DNA from: Ptychomitrium polyphyllum
Taxonomy: Eukaryota
Assembly: GCA_973851085.1 (NCBI GenBank)
Contig: OZ316775.1
Span: 17,174,001-17,238,000 of the forward strand
DNA: 64,000 nucleotides
Direction of reading: 5' to 3'
Made by a program: the position numbers and the translations under genes. Shown here in pieces: positions 23,103 to 36,805 of the stretch. Numbering within the stretch: position 1 is the stretch's first letter; each line of letters opens with the position of its first letter. The notes under the pieces are model-generated. The model did not search any database. It saw nothing but the letters and a program-made list of their open reading frames with translations, and was not told the DNA's origin.

Positions 23103-26100
23103 CGCAACAACTCATCCAAGAGCTCCAAATCCCGCCAATCCTCCAAAATCCTGCACGAGCCTCCAAAAACTCCACACCCTGACCACAATTCACACCTCCC
23201 AGGTGACAGTCCTCCCAGCGCACGGCGTCCTCTCCACTTCAAACCACCAAAATAACCCCAAACCTGGCTCAAAACAGGAGCGCCGCACACAATCAAAGCA
23301 CAATAAGGAGGTTTACACCGCAACCGAGACTACGACGCAATCGCACAATCGCGACGGGATCAAAATCCGCGAAAACTGATCTCCTCCCGAGCTCTCCACT
23401 TCCTCCACAGGGCTCAAACGTTGTACTGCACCTCAAAACAGAGTTCTCGTAGTCTTATTTCGAGAGAGAAGTATCCAAACCTAGCACCGTCTTCGAAGTT
23501 TCTAGACATCACAGATTTAGATTTATAAAGTTCCTAGATGATAGTGGTTCATAATTCATTGGCGCGTTTGGGTGCATAAACAGAAAAGAGCCTCTCGGAG
23601 ATCACAAAAACAGTGCTCTCGTACTCTGAAGTCTAGACGAGAATTGTCAAACGCCGGCACTGTCTTCGCAAGTCTTAGATGTTCATATCAAAGAAGTACA
23701 TTCATGAGTAGTGTGGAGGGTTTTGGATACAGTGACGCGTTTGGGTGTAGGAACCAAAAACAGGATTTTGGATAACGAGCTGACCGTGATAGACCCGTTT
23801 TATTACCGCGATGAGGTGGTGAAAAGGGGGATTGGTATGAGGGAGCTGTGATTGGTGGTTACGTAGAAAAATCCGACGTCATTAGACCGGGTTGGGGACT
23901 GCAGTGTGGCCGTAAGATGTCTGGGGGTTCGGGAGGTGAAGATGGGGAACTGTGGGAGGTGAGGGAGCTTTGGGCGCTGGTGTGCCAGGCCATAAGGGTG
24001 GCGAGCGGATGCCACTTGGATGGGACCATGTGGGCCACGGGTAGGATTTTGTTCTCTTTCGATACACGTTACTATTCACACGCAGGATCGTGTAGCATGT
24101 TAACTTGCTGTAGATTCTTTGTACAAAATCAAATACCGGTATGTGCTGGATTATAAATTTTGAATCATCTGGGTACTTTTAAGTTGTCACTTGTGTCAAA
24201 ATAATCAAAATATATCAAAACACAAACACAAGTAAAGAGCTTCTTCATTTAATGCACCTCACTGGATACTGTTTTATAGTACTACACAATTTCTAGATTC
24301 AATTTTTAACATTTTGTAATTCATTTTTGTAAGATTTTCAACATCTTTTAATTTAATTAATTTTTTTGGTAAGAGTTCTTAAGGTTTTGCATTGAAGTGG
24401 AAACTTGCACACTAAAAATTGAATGGAACAGGTCTTATTTGTGGATGTGGAACGTAAAAAGTCCACACAACACACCTAGTTCATTACATTGGAGCACATT
24501 TAGATTAAATATTAGGACCATGAATGCTTGAATTCAAAAAACATTGAAAAATATTATATGTGTTGAATATGGATTTTAATGTTTTTTAAAAAAAGAAAAA
24601 CTGAGGCATTTAATATAACTCAACTTGATTTAACTTAAACTTGAACTTCACTTCATTTAGCTAAGAAACTTTGAGATTCAATTCAATGATTTATCCAATT
24701 CAACGAGATGATTTAGTTTTTCTATTATCTCCACTTCCAAAATAGAATTAGTTTTTCAATCAATTAGACTCATACCTGGTAACAGAACTGAATTGTTTGT
24801 ATCCTGTGTTGGTCGATACAATTTTTATTTTACTTTTCAGTGTACAAGAATACTGTTAAACTTACATTGAACATCCACTGGTATTCCTGTTCAGAGAGAC
24901 TCATTTCTCAAGGTCAGAGTACAAAGATGACTACCAATCCCATTGTAAAAATTGGAACTCATGGTATATTTGCTGGACTGGTGGTGCAAGTTGCAATAGT
25001 GCAATGAGTTTTGTACTCGTATTTGGTAGAATTTTCAGAACCTAATTAACTTGTTTCTGTAATAATTTCCAAAAAAAATAAAAATTCTAGAACTGAAAAA
25101 CTTTGACAATCAAGCTGAAATTGGTCTCAATTCAATAAGAGTGTTGTAGCCCTCTACAATACAAACTTCAAGTGGTATTTTGTTCCACAGCTCCGATCAA
25201 GAGCAAAACTACAACATGTGAAACCACGTTCATTATATTTCAGGAGATTGTAGGCTTCTTGTTTCACCAAGTCAACACCACCTTAAAAAACCCGTCCATT
25301 TATCACTGGGTGCCCCCAATTCCTAGTAGTGAAACAAAAGCACTGCTATGTACATTGTCTGCAGTGCAATCCAACTCACATTCAAACATGGAGTAAAGCA
25401 TTTCCTGGAAAAAGCAACCAATCACTATAATTTTGTTTAATGAACAAATCTAATGAAATGAATTTTTTTCTTTACAAATTTCCTTTTACAATGTTGGTAA
25501 TATGAAATTTGAAATAATCAAATATGTTGATGAATTTTGGAAAATCAAATTACATGAAGAAATATAACTACACATGCTTTATTTCTTGAAATCTAATATC
25601 AATCTATTTCAAGAAGAAAAAAGAACTATATATTAGTTTATAATCAACTTATTTATCTTTTGAAAGGAATAGTTAACTTTTTACTCCAAAAAGATGAAGT
25701 AATCTCAATATTGATGATAAAAACATCAAAAACCTTGCATTCTTCATGATTTCTAATTAATAATACCTATAAGTTTACAAATATTTTTTATGAAAAGATT
25801 CACCTCCCTAAGACTACCACTCCACATATCATGTGTGCAAAAAAGCTTAAGCTGTAGGTTTATGGTCGTTGTAAGTCATCTGTACAGCATTCGTGGGGAG
25901 AACTTCCAAGTCCCAACCCCTGCTACCGCATATCAAGCTTGACCAGGGCCCACCATAATGAGGGAGCCATCAAGTGTTGAAAATGCCGTCAACGTACTGA
26001 ACAATTTCTGCTGCTAGACAGTCCCGGTGGCCACCAAATTCAAACGAGGTCCGGCAACCAATGCGTTGACGCATTCAACCTCCTAAGATGCCATAAGTAT

Positions 26101-27361
26101 TGTTGGTCTCGGTACCTTTTCCACCGCCGTAATTGGTCGTGGTTGTATTTCTCCGTTCTTTGCAATTTTAGCGTTCGTCAAATTTTATAAAAAGAAAGCA
26201 TTAAAAAACAAATCCGAAGATGCCGTTTCACCATGAGAGCATCAGTTACAGATCCCACGCCCTGGATTTGCACGAACTTGGTTCCCGACGCGATCCATTG
26301 GGAAGGAAAAAGACAAGTGGTTGTGGGAACGGAAAAAAGTAAGCGATCTGGACAGTACAACATGCGATACTCCCGCTGCCGAATGTGGTGTAGGACGCAT
26401 ACCCAAAACCAACACCATCTATGAGATTCATAGATTTGAGAATCTCAACTGAGACCAATAATAGATTGTAACTAATTTGGATACTTCGACAGTTTTTGGG
26501 GTATGCACATCTTACCGAGTCAGCGGACGAATGAAGGTGGTTGGGCGTGGAGTAGATTGACGTTGTTCGAGGTTGATGCTGAGCCGCAACTGTTACACTA
26601 AAGTCGAGGGAGAGGGTCGTGCGGTCTACCCCACCTTCTATACTCACTCACCCTCCTTTCCAAATCCATTCCCTAATTTCCAACACCCTCAACTCGCCCC
26701 TACACCATTAAAAACCACAAAAAAACTCGTAACTCTTTTGAACTGGCCCTACACGTCATACAATCTCTCCCACTTCACTCACTTCTCCCCAAATCCTAAA
26801 AACCCTAGACTTAATGCCCCCCCCTCGAAATGCTGGACTCCCTCCTATTCCCCCGGGCGCTCCTTCTGGAGCCTTTTGCTAGCTTGTCCCCCAGCGCCAT
26901 CAGCCGCTGCTATCAGCAGCCCACATCATCGTCTAGCCTGGGCTCCAGAAGTTCACCCTGCGCCGTTTTCGTTGCAGTTGTTCCATGCACGTTCTCGCAG
27001 CTCTCCGCCGTTCCCTGCCAGTTGTGAACCAGCCCGCCCCTGTCCCGGCTTCGTCATCAGGTCGTCCTACGCCTTGTCCTGCCTTGGTCGCCGCACGTTC
27101 CTGCGCTATCAGCCCGCTCTAGCCCGTTCACACCATTCGTTCTCCCAGCCAGATTTCCGTCTAGCTCGTCATTGCACTCCCCAGCACAGAACTAGGCCAG
27201 AACTCTTCTTCCTTCACGCCCTATTCGCCGCCACACTGGCCCTTAGCAGCACCCTCCAGAACTAGCATCCAGAAACTTAATCCTTCCCTATCATTGGAAC
27301 CTAGTATGAGCCAAGTATTTAGTAGTTAAAGTTAACCATTAGTGGTGATAGTGAAGGATTA

Positions 27362-29008
27362 CTTTTGAAATAGAACTAACTAGGTGCATTTTATAACTAA
27401 TTGGATTTTGGAAGAATTCTTATTAGTTGGCCTTGGAAGACTTAGTTTATATTTTTGAACTAACTCCAATTCAATTATGAAGGAAGAAGGAAAAATTCAA
27501 CTTAGCTATGATGGAAAAAATCAAATAATAGTAGAAATGATAAGTGAATTCAAAAGTAGGTTTGAATTTAGAAATATAGAAAATTTAGAAGGAAGGATAA
27601 ATTTAGAAGCTAGATCAAATTTAGTCAAAAGGGCTAAAATTAATAAATAGTTCTATTTATAATAAATAGGGCCAAAATGTTGAAATTTAGAATAGAAGCT
27701 AAATTTAGAAGACTAGTTGAAATCCTTGAAACACCTAGATTTGGAAATAGTAGCTAAATTTAGAAATTTTAGAATTAGGAAAAGTTAGTGGTAAAATATG
27801 GTTAGGAAATTCAAGATTTGAGGGAGGGTATTTAAAGAGAACGTAGAATAGTTTGAGAGGGGGTTGAGAAGAGCAAGATTTTAGAAAATTGGAATTACAA
27901 GGAATTATGTTAATAGTGGAGAAAGGAAGAAGAAGCCTTTTTAGAAGAAAGCCTAAGAAAAAAGAGTTCTTGAAGGCATTAGAGGAGAATTACAAGAAGT
28001 AGAATGCAACCCTCTAGTAGGTAGATTTTAGTAATTTGCTTTCTCTTTTCCTTGAGCCTACAAAGAAGGAAATGGTATTTTTAGTACAATGAAAAGGGAA
28101 GAATAACTAAGAGTTTAGAACAAATGAAGAAAAGGAGATGATTAGTTCAGCTGGATTTCTGACGGCAGTCAAGAAAATAAGAAGATAGTGAGTAAACGTT
28201 ATTGACATTAGTACGCATAGAAAAGAAACGGGGTTATAGCGTAAAGGAGACGCAAAAGAGCCGCACAAAGAAATAGACTTGCAATTCCAAACGAGCACAA
28301 AACTGAACACGAACACGAATTTAGTAGTAATAAATTCAATGTGAGAAGACATTCAAGAAAAGGCCCTAGGAAAATTAGTAGCATTAGGTAGTAATTGCAA
28401 CAACAGTGAGCGGCGGCAAGACTGGTGGAACCAAATAGTGATGATTGCGGAGACAAAGGTAGAAAGTTCAATTGAAAACAAGGAGATTGCAGCAATAGAC
28501 TTGTGTTAGGCCGGAAAGAAGTGAAGGTGCAAAATCAAAAGCAAGATTTGGAACAACAACAAGCAACTAAGGCAATTTTAGCACCAACAATAGTGATGGA
28601 AAGGGAGCTGTAATAGCATCATTGGCAAATATAGAGCATCGAGCAGCTTTGATAGGTGCAAGATCAACTAACGTGGCAAGCCATGAGCAATCGATAATTC
28701 AGTAATAGCAGTGGCCAATTATTGTATGGGTAGCCCAGCTTAGATACTGAGGAACCAAAGCAGAAAGATTGCTGACATCTATTTTGGCAAGGCCATTCAC
28801 TGTTTTCTTTATCAATGAAGGAGTGAGCCAAGATAGAAGCTCATGTTGTGTTGGTACTTACGACTTTGTGAAGTAACTAATCAATTGCAGCCCATATTAG
28901 ATTTTGAAGTAAGTATTACAATTTAAGCACAAGAAATTGTAAACTACAACACTAATAAAAATCTACATGAATCTAGGAATGTGTGAAAAAGTAAGTTTTC
29001 CAATTAGT
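27362..29008. repeat. Unclassified ~1.65-kb dispersed repeat, copy 1
   Basis: Colinear and clearly homologous (diverged) with 38092-39752. Contains many aaatttagaa sub-repeats and an LTR-like ctttaaatacc motif on the minus strand. No recognisable coding domain. Confidence 0.8.
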
Positions 29009-30833
29009 GCTTTAATAAGTAGGAAAGTGATTGGTTAGACATTCATGTAAAATTTTCCTTTGTTTTGTCATGCAAGTAATTCCAGATAAATTGTAATTAA
29101 AAAAGTGCAGCAAGTCTTTATATTTTTACACTTATTTTTCTACCACAAAAATCAAGACGAGCTTGTCTATTTGCTCTAGTATAGATAAATTTAAAGCCAT
29201 GTCCCTCCAATAAGACAACCCTACTACTATTACATATTAGTGTATTATAACATATTGTATACCATTATTTCATCTTCACACGCTCTATAAAGTAAGTTCA
29301 CTTCACTCTAGTTCCTATCAAAGAATAAAACAAAGAGATAGGCTTTCAACATTCAACTTTTCAAGGCCAATATGGCACCACTACCAAAATTCATGCGCTT
29401 AATCTCTCCATGAGTTGCATCATTTTAGCTTCAAAGATTGCCATGTTCATTATTGTGCTTGCCATCATTACATTATGATTACATCACAAATGTTAAGCTT
29501 GTCCCGTCAAAGTTGAAAAAAAAAGACCAAATTATAACTGCATTAAGTATCTTTAGTTCTAAATATCTTGTAATGATACTAAATGCAAATGGCCAAATCA
29601 ATGTCACCAAACTTTTGACTGGAACAGAGCACTCATTATGAAAAATGAACATCATGTGATACTAAATACGATTTTTGGTGTAGTTGGAGGCTTTGCAAGA
29701 ATCTTGATAAATTTACTGAAAACCACTTAAACACAAATTTTTTGCAACCAATGACAACCGCCACATTAGACTTTGGAGCCTTAAATTTAACAAAATAGAA
29801 AGATGATGGTGGACCAAGAACAATAAAGAAATTATTCATGAAGATCAAGGAGTCCTTCTAGTTGAAAAGATTGCTTTAAATAAGAATGTATGAGAGCTGT
29901 TTAAGCGATGACATCCCAACTTTGTGCCAAATCTCTAAAAGCATATTCAAATGCATATCTAAAACGCCTTGCATGTGAAAAGCGTAGTACTCGGCTCCAC
30001 CAAAGTGCAGATGAAGCAAATCTTTTAACTTTCACTTCCACCACTGTTGTAGTTATAACCAATGCCAAGCTCTTCCAAACAGCAACAATAAAACCAAATA
30101 AGTGTTGTTCCTAGACTGCAAGCAAAGAAGTGTATATGTATTAATCAACCAAACTAGACAAATGAAATTGAATAAGATGTAGACGTAGGTGTTTGTACAT
30201 TGAATCACCTATTATGTGGAAAAATACTTTCATTTGGAAGGAAGTTGAGTAGCTTTATTGACAATTATATACAATAATTATAATGCAATTTTGCACCTTT
30301 GTATGAAGAATATCCTTTCCTATGAAAAAGCAGGTGTGTCTCTTTGTTTTGCTTTAACATGGTGCTCTTAGGTATAAACATAGGACTAATTTTTCTTTGC
30401 ATTGCATGTCAAATTATGAAATTGATATTTACCTTCTAAATTTTATAGGCTCCTTCTTTTGCCTAAGTATAGAATTGTCATGCAGTCTGTAGTCCATTGT
30501 TCTTTGTAGCAATAAAACATTTGCTCTCAAATATGTAGTTTATAAGCTTGCCTTGAATTAATTTTTATCTGCTAGTAATTTATTCCGTATAATTTATATT
30601 CACACAAATGAAAAAAAATTCCATTCAATTCTAAAATGCCATAAATATTAAAGCAATAATGTATTAAAGTTGGTAATTCTCAACTAATAGTGTAATGATG
30701 ACTCAAAACTTACAAAAATTGACCATGGACAAATACTTGGAGAATACTAGATGTTATATTTAATAACTACTAAATAAAAATGTATTAGTAGTTCAAAACT
30801 TAAAAAAGTTGAAAGAAAACTAATACATGAAAT

Positions 30834-33800
30834 TGTCACATACTTACATATTAATAGCACCTTGAAAGATTCTTAGAAGGTTTATGAAAGTTAGAAGCAT
30901 TTCCAAAGAAGTTAATTCTTGCTTTGGGAGCTTCCAAGGAAGTTACTTCAAATAGTGAATTTTCAAAAAAGTTATTTTACCTCAAGTAGCTTCTAAGGAA
31001 GCAACTCAAGGTTGCTTGAATACAAAGCAATGTACTAGAAGCTTCTCAAAAAGCTTCCAAAGCTTGTAGTCTCATTATATGTTGGAGAGAAGGCTGAAGG
31101 AATCTTCAATCTTAACAAAGTATCTCTTGTTGTCTAGCTCAAACTTTCAAGCCTTGTTTCTATATCTTGTTATAGCTCTTTATCTTTAAAATACCTTAGA
31201 TATATCTTGTTCCATATTTTAAAATCCTAAAGCCTTACCTTATTGTTGCTATGTCTGTAACAATTTGTTGTAATTGTCATACAAATCATATCAAAGCTTG
31301 GTCTTTCTTGATAGAAAATAGAACACCCTTCTTTTTGAAAATATTATAGCACTTGAAAAGTTGCAGATTTCCCTCTTCTAGGCTGATATTGCTTCTTGAA
31401 TCTTCCTCAATTTTTTTGTTTATTTAGCAATTTCTATTTCATTTTCATGTAAAGAGGTGAAGAATTCAATATGATTGATTCAATAGAAGCCAAATTAGAC
31501 TCCATTGTCAATGCTTTTGAAGCACTGAGGATCAAGACTAAGACGTTTTTTAAATAAAATGAAAAACTTTATTTGATCATATATAATGGTCAAAAAACAA
31601 AAGCAGCCTAAATACTATTCCAAGTCATCCTAGGTGCTCCATTTTCTATATTAGTTTTGATAAAGGATGTACAAATTCAAGCCTGCAATGCAATGTTGAA
31701 AGCAAAGGAATCAAGAATCAGTTTTTAAAGAAGTTTGACGGTACACATTCAAAATTTTGAGGCTTTGTAAAATTAAATTTCAATTTTTTACTTCGTTCCA
31801 GCTTCAACAATGTCTTACAAACACTACACATGTTGATTTGGTAGGAACGTTATTCTCGAGACAAACATTGTCCTAATTTATACTGCTTTTTGAAAAGAAT
31901 TCTTTCATATTTAGCAACATTGATCCATTCCTAGCTGCATTTGCAAAAGCTTTTGGTGACCATGACATGCTTTGTTTTGCAACTACTAAGATTTGTACAT
32001 TGCACTAAGGGCCACAATCAATGTCAACTTATGCATCAAAATTTCGACAACTTGCCTGCAACATCAAATGAGGAGAAAAAACGTTAATGACTCAATTTCA
32101 TTTAGGCGTATGTAATGAGGTTAAGAATTTGTTGCTATCCATGCCAGATCCCCATACATTTGATGAAGCCATCAGTTAATCTTTGAAGTGCAACAATCGT
32201 CTATTTCAACGTAGGCAAGATAAATATGCTTTGATTACGCCTCAATAATATACTAAATTCTCAATAATCTTAGCCCCATCTACTTCTAAGAAATATTTGG
32301 GAGCAAAAGCCATATAAGTTGATGTGGTATGTTTCAAGTTCTTTCTCAAATATGAAAAGAAGCGACAAAGAGAACAAGGATTGTGTTAGTATTGTGGAAA
32401 ATTTAATTACAAAGTTGAAAACTGTCCAAAGAAACCTTTACACATATATTTAATGAGGGATACAACCACAACACAAAATGCTTTGTAGAGAAACAAGAAT
32501 AATCAGCTATATTAGGAAATATGCGGCTGGATTTGTTTGCTTTGCAAGAATAAAAAAGTCACATCTTCTTATTCTACCTTTCCTCTTATTTTACTATACC
32601 TATTTGTTTAAGAGTTAAGAAGCTCAAAAAACTTCATTTGCTAGATTTGGAGGCCCTTTCTTGCTTTATAAACAAAGAAATTGTAAAAATACATAAATCT
32701 TTATTTTTTAAAAGTTCCAACTAGACTATGTAGGAGTAATAAATGGCCGACCTTTATCCTCTAAAGATATTATTCATGACACCAATTTATCAAAAGTAAC
32801 TTTGTATAACCATATTAGCTATCTTTAATGTCATTATGCCTCCTTCAAATTCCATCATCCCAAGGCTCTCTTGGTTGAAAAAGTACATCCCTCGTATAAA
32901 TTGGACATGTTGTAAATTAAGGTTCTTTACACCGGAACACGTAACTATAACGCCTAAAGAAGAAATTCATGCAACTCACATGCCTAAAGCCATAAAGCCT
33001 CTTTCTATTGGAGCTAGAGCATTTATAAAGGCAACAAAAAATGACGCTTTCTTTGCTATATATGTCACTCTGACATCCATAGATGTGGTTTAATTATCAA
33101 TGATTTTAAAAAATCATAAAGACGTTCAAGATATATGCAAAAAGAGTAATGCAGATATTCTATTAGAACATCTTTCCCACAATTGTGCCATACACATCTA
33201 AGACGATGTTCAACTATCATTTGGGTCTACTTGTAATTTGTCCCAAAAAAAGCTTTCGGCATTAAAAGAGTATATTGATGAAAACTTAGCCAAGAACCTC
33301 ATTTGGCATCCAAAATCTCCTGCTGATGCTTTGATATTTTTTGTAAAAAAAAAAGATGGATCTTTACAAATGTGTATTGATTATGGCGGCTTCAACAAAA
33401 TAATGGTGAAGAACTGATACCCATTACCGCTGATAGCTAGACTTCTTGATCAACCTAGCCAAGCAAAAATTTATAACAAAATAGACTTGCAAGGAGCCTA
33501 TAACTTGGTGCACATCAAAGAAAAAGACAAATGGAAAACGGCATGTCAAACAAGGTATGGACATTTTGAACACAATGTCATACCTTTTGGAGTTATCAAT
33601 GTGCCTGCCATTTTCTAACATTTAATGAGTGATATATTTTGTGAGTACCTTGATGATTTTGTCGTATGCTATTTGAATGATATCTTGGTTTATTCAAAGA
33701 ACTAAGAGGAGCATGAACAACATGTCTGCATAGTTCTACAAAAATTATAAAATATTGGTTTGTATGCCAAGCTGGAGAAATGTATCTTCCACAAGTTTCA

Positions 33801-34385
33801 AGTGGATTTCCTTAGTTGTATCTTTTCCAACGAACAACTATTGATGGATCCAAAGAAGGTTGAAGTAATCTGCGATTAGACAAGGCCAAAATTGATACAT
33901 GATGTCCAATAATTTCTTGGATTTGGAAACTGCTATAAGATCTTTACCAAAGACTATTCTCCAATAGCTGTACCATTTATGCGGCTAGTATACAAAAAAA
34001 GCTTGAATGGAGATTCAATACCAAGGATGCATTTTAGAATTTGAAGTGAATTTTTACTACAACTCTTATTCTAGTCCATCCAGACTTTCTTAAGCCATTT
34101 TATATGGAAATGGATGCTTTTAACTTTGAATTAGAAGTAGTTTTGTTGTAAGCAAGAAAATAAAGGATATTCCACCTAGTTGTATTTCATTCCAAAAGAA
34201 TTTTAGCTATAGAAATCAACCATGAAATCCATGACAAGAAAGTCCTTGTAATTGTAGATTCCTTCTCAGAATGACTCTACTTGCTCCAAGGTGTTGCGCA
34301 TGCACTTGTTGTATAGACAAATTACAAGAATCTGGAATACTTCATATAAGCACGCATTTCAAACTGTTGCAAAGCTCATTGGAGT
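30834..34385 (+). mobile_element. Decayed Tcn1-like chromovirus B, 5' half (5' LTR 30834-31262, gag, protease, RT, RNase H)
   Basis: TG..CA LTR, self-complementary PBS, degenerate gag with CxYC knuckle near 32385, protease remnant near 32640-32900 and RT/RH 33100-34385. Ends at a copia LTR. Confidence 0.85.
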
Positions 34386-35447
34386 TATTGAAGACATGCA
34401 ATAAAACTGATACAACAAGCTAGAAAAGAGAACAAAGTTGCAACAAGAGAAGTGTGGAGAAAGATGACTCCCACTCTTAAAATTCCTTTACTTATACTTT
34501 GGAGTCATCCACCAAGGTGTGCAACTTGGCAATCAAGCATTTGTCTCTACTAAATAAATGCCAAGTAGCCCTGAATCTCAGCCGCCGTAACTGCCACTTT
34601 AATCCTAACGATTGCCCTAACTCTCACAACCGCTCCAATCCTATCCACCATACAGAACCTTTATTTCCTTTTATTAACCTTAGCCTCTAAATCTTCTATG
34701 GCCTCTTTCTTGATACACCTTTGACCAGTAGCAATTTATCAAGCTTTAATCTACACAAGGAAACTTCAACTAGGATCACTTTAAATGTATCACACTTTGT
34801 AACACTCCCACTTTTGTATTGGTCAAAGGATTTTTAATCCAATTGACCCTATTAACAATTGGTGTCTATCTTTTACCAATTCTTTTCTGAACAAATCAGC
34901 AAGCATGCCTTCTATTGCGTAATACCTCATATCTATCATTCCATCTTCAATCTTCCCTCTTATGTAGTGATATTGGATGTCCATGTGTTGTGTTTGTGAC
35001 TGATGCTTGAAATTCTTAGCAAAAGCAAAACATCCTTGATTGTCCCACATGATGAGCATTACACCCTTTTTGATTAATCCAATGTCCTCTTAGAATTGCC
35101 TCAACCACATTGCTTCCATTGCACCATGACTTATCGCCATGTACTCTGCCTCAATGGTTCACCTTGCAACTGTGGGTTGCTTCTTGCAATTCCAAGAAAT
35201 GGCTCCAACTTTACCAAAGAACACATACTCCATTGTGAAGCGCCTATCGTTTGCATCTCCAGCCTAACCCGCATCACAAAACCCCTGCAATACAATATTA
35301 TTACCTCTCAAACACAATACAAAGTCGAAGGTTCCCTTCAAGTACCTCATGATCGTCTGGATGGTTATTTAATGCATAGGGTCGTCCTTGGACATGTGTT
35401 CGCTCACAACACTCACAAAAAACGCAAGATCAAACCTTGTGCCTACT
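34386..35447 (-). mobile_element. Copia 3' fragment: end of RT, RNase H, PPT and 3' LTR (34386-34804)
   Basis: Minus strand reads VGTRFDLAF..., then RNase H DNQGC...QHMDIQYHYIR...MLADLFRK (34823-35059), then PPT aaagtgggag (34805-34814) abutting the LTR. Confidence 0.9.
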
Positions 35448-36805
35448 TGTCGCAACCCTTGTAATGCACCTTAAGAAGCGTCAAGTGCGTCAATCCTGTA
35501 CACTTCCACATGTACATGGTTAACTTCCATTCTCACTTTCCATGTTTCTCTACCATTTCTTTTAGGACACCCAATTGATTGATAACTAATGGTTAGGTGC
35601 GGACTTCCATTCATGTCCAAGGCCTCACTTGGTGTTACTCCCATTCTACAAGGCCTAACCGCACTTAATGGTGCCTCTTCACCACCATTCATGATCCCCA
35701 TGCTATCCTAAGATCACCCCGAGCTATCATGGTGCCGGTGTAAAGACACCACTCCAACTTAGTGGTAATAAGCGTACCCTTTTAAACGTGCTAGTTCTTT
35801 CTATGAAATCGGCAATCTTTCGGCTCACCATGGTGTGGGAGTCCCCGAGGAAAAGCTCTTATACTAGCTCCACTAACCAGGACTCACCCTTGGTCTTTAC
35901 CGAGACACTAGGGGAGTAAGGAGGGGGACCAGCCCTTGCTTATAATACTCTCTATGGGATTCGGCAGGCCCCCTGGCGCTCTTGTAGCTGGCTGAATCCT
36001 GACACACCTAACGTTTTGGAAAACCACCCGATCTCCCTTGGGACTTAGCCGCTAGAAGCCTCCGGAACTCCTAGCGGACCTTCACGGAGCCATATGTTCT
36101 TCATCCGGTGTCGGAATGTATTGAGCAACCACTCTATTGTCATCTACTCTTTGAGTAGATATCAAAAGATCCCTCAAACATCCGATTTGAGTTAATACTG
36201 TGGGACATACACCTCTCTCAAGGTTCTGATTCCCAGGGAATTCCTCCCTGGACTGTCCCAGTCCAGTACAGTCACTGTGTAGGGCTGCCATAGTCCAAAA
36301 TAGCCCCTTGGCAACCCTAACTTTGGGATGCCATAACTTTTAGCTCCCATACTCAATTTGGGCAATCTTTAGCATTCTAGAATCAACTCTTTATGATTCC
36401 TTCAATGCCCATGATTTATCCCTCGTGGCCCTCGGTCTATATGGGAAAGAATGTTTCTCCCTTTAGGGGTCCTTTCCATGCTAGGCCCACTCGGTTCCCC
36501 TCACTATCGGCGCCACAAGTCCTGAACGTCACTCCAGGGTCTTCCTTGTGCCTTTAATGTTGCGGGCAGTCTTCAAGGAAAGGTGCGCAACACTCACTTC
36601 TATCTTAATGGAGTTGATGCCCTCATCAACTATACTTGTAGTCGGCACACCACTTCCAAGGTTGCCATCCTTTAGTGGTGCAGCATTGTATTTTATCCAT
36701 GGTGCAACTCCTACAATGCACTTATAAATCTTTGACAAAGTCTCATAGGTGTCGTTTAGGAGGTGGTCTGTTTAGGCACTCTAGACAAAATTCCAATGGC
36801 TCTAA
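35448..36805 (-). mobile_element. Truncated Galadriel-like element: 3' LTR (35448-36592) plus ~210 bp of 3' internal region
   Basis: Reverse complement of about 7795-9153. ORF-track peptides 36082-36291 and 36529-36738 nearly equal those at 8310-8519 and 7863-8072. Confidence 0.92.

Noticed and set aside
28107..28495. Hydrophobic minus-strand ORFs echoed at 38800-39216, suggestive of an env-like membrane protein
   Set aside because: Hydrophobicity follows from the T-rich strand bias, and frames and starts differ between the two copies.
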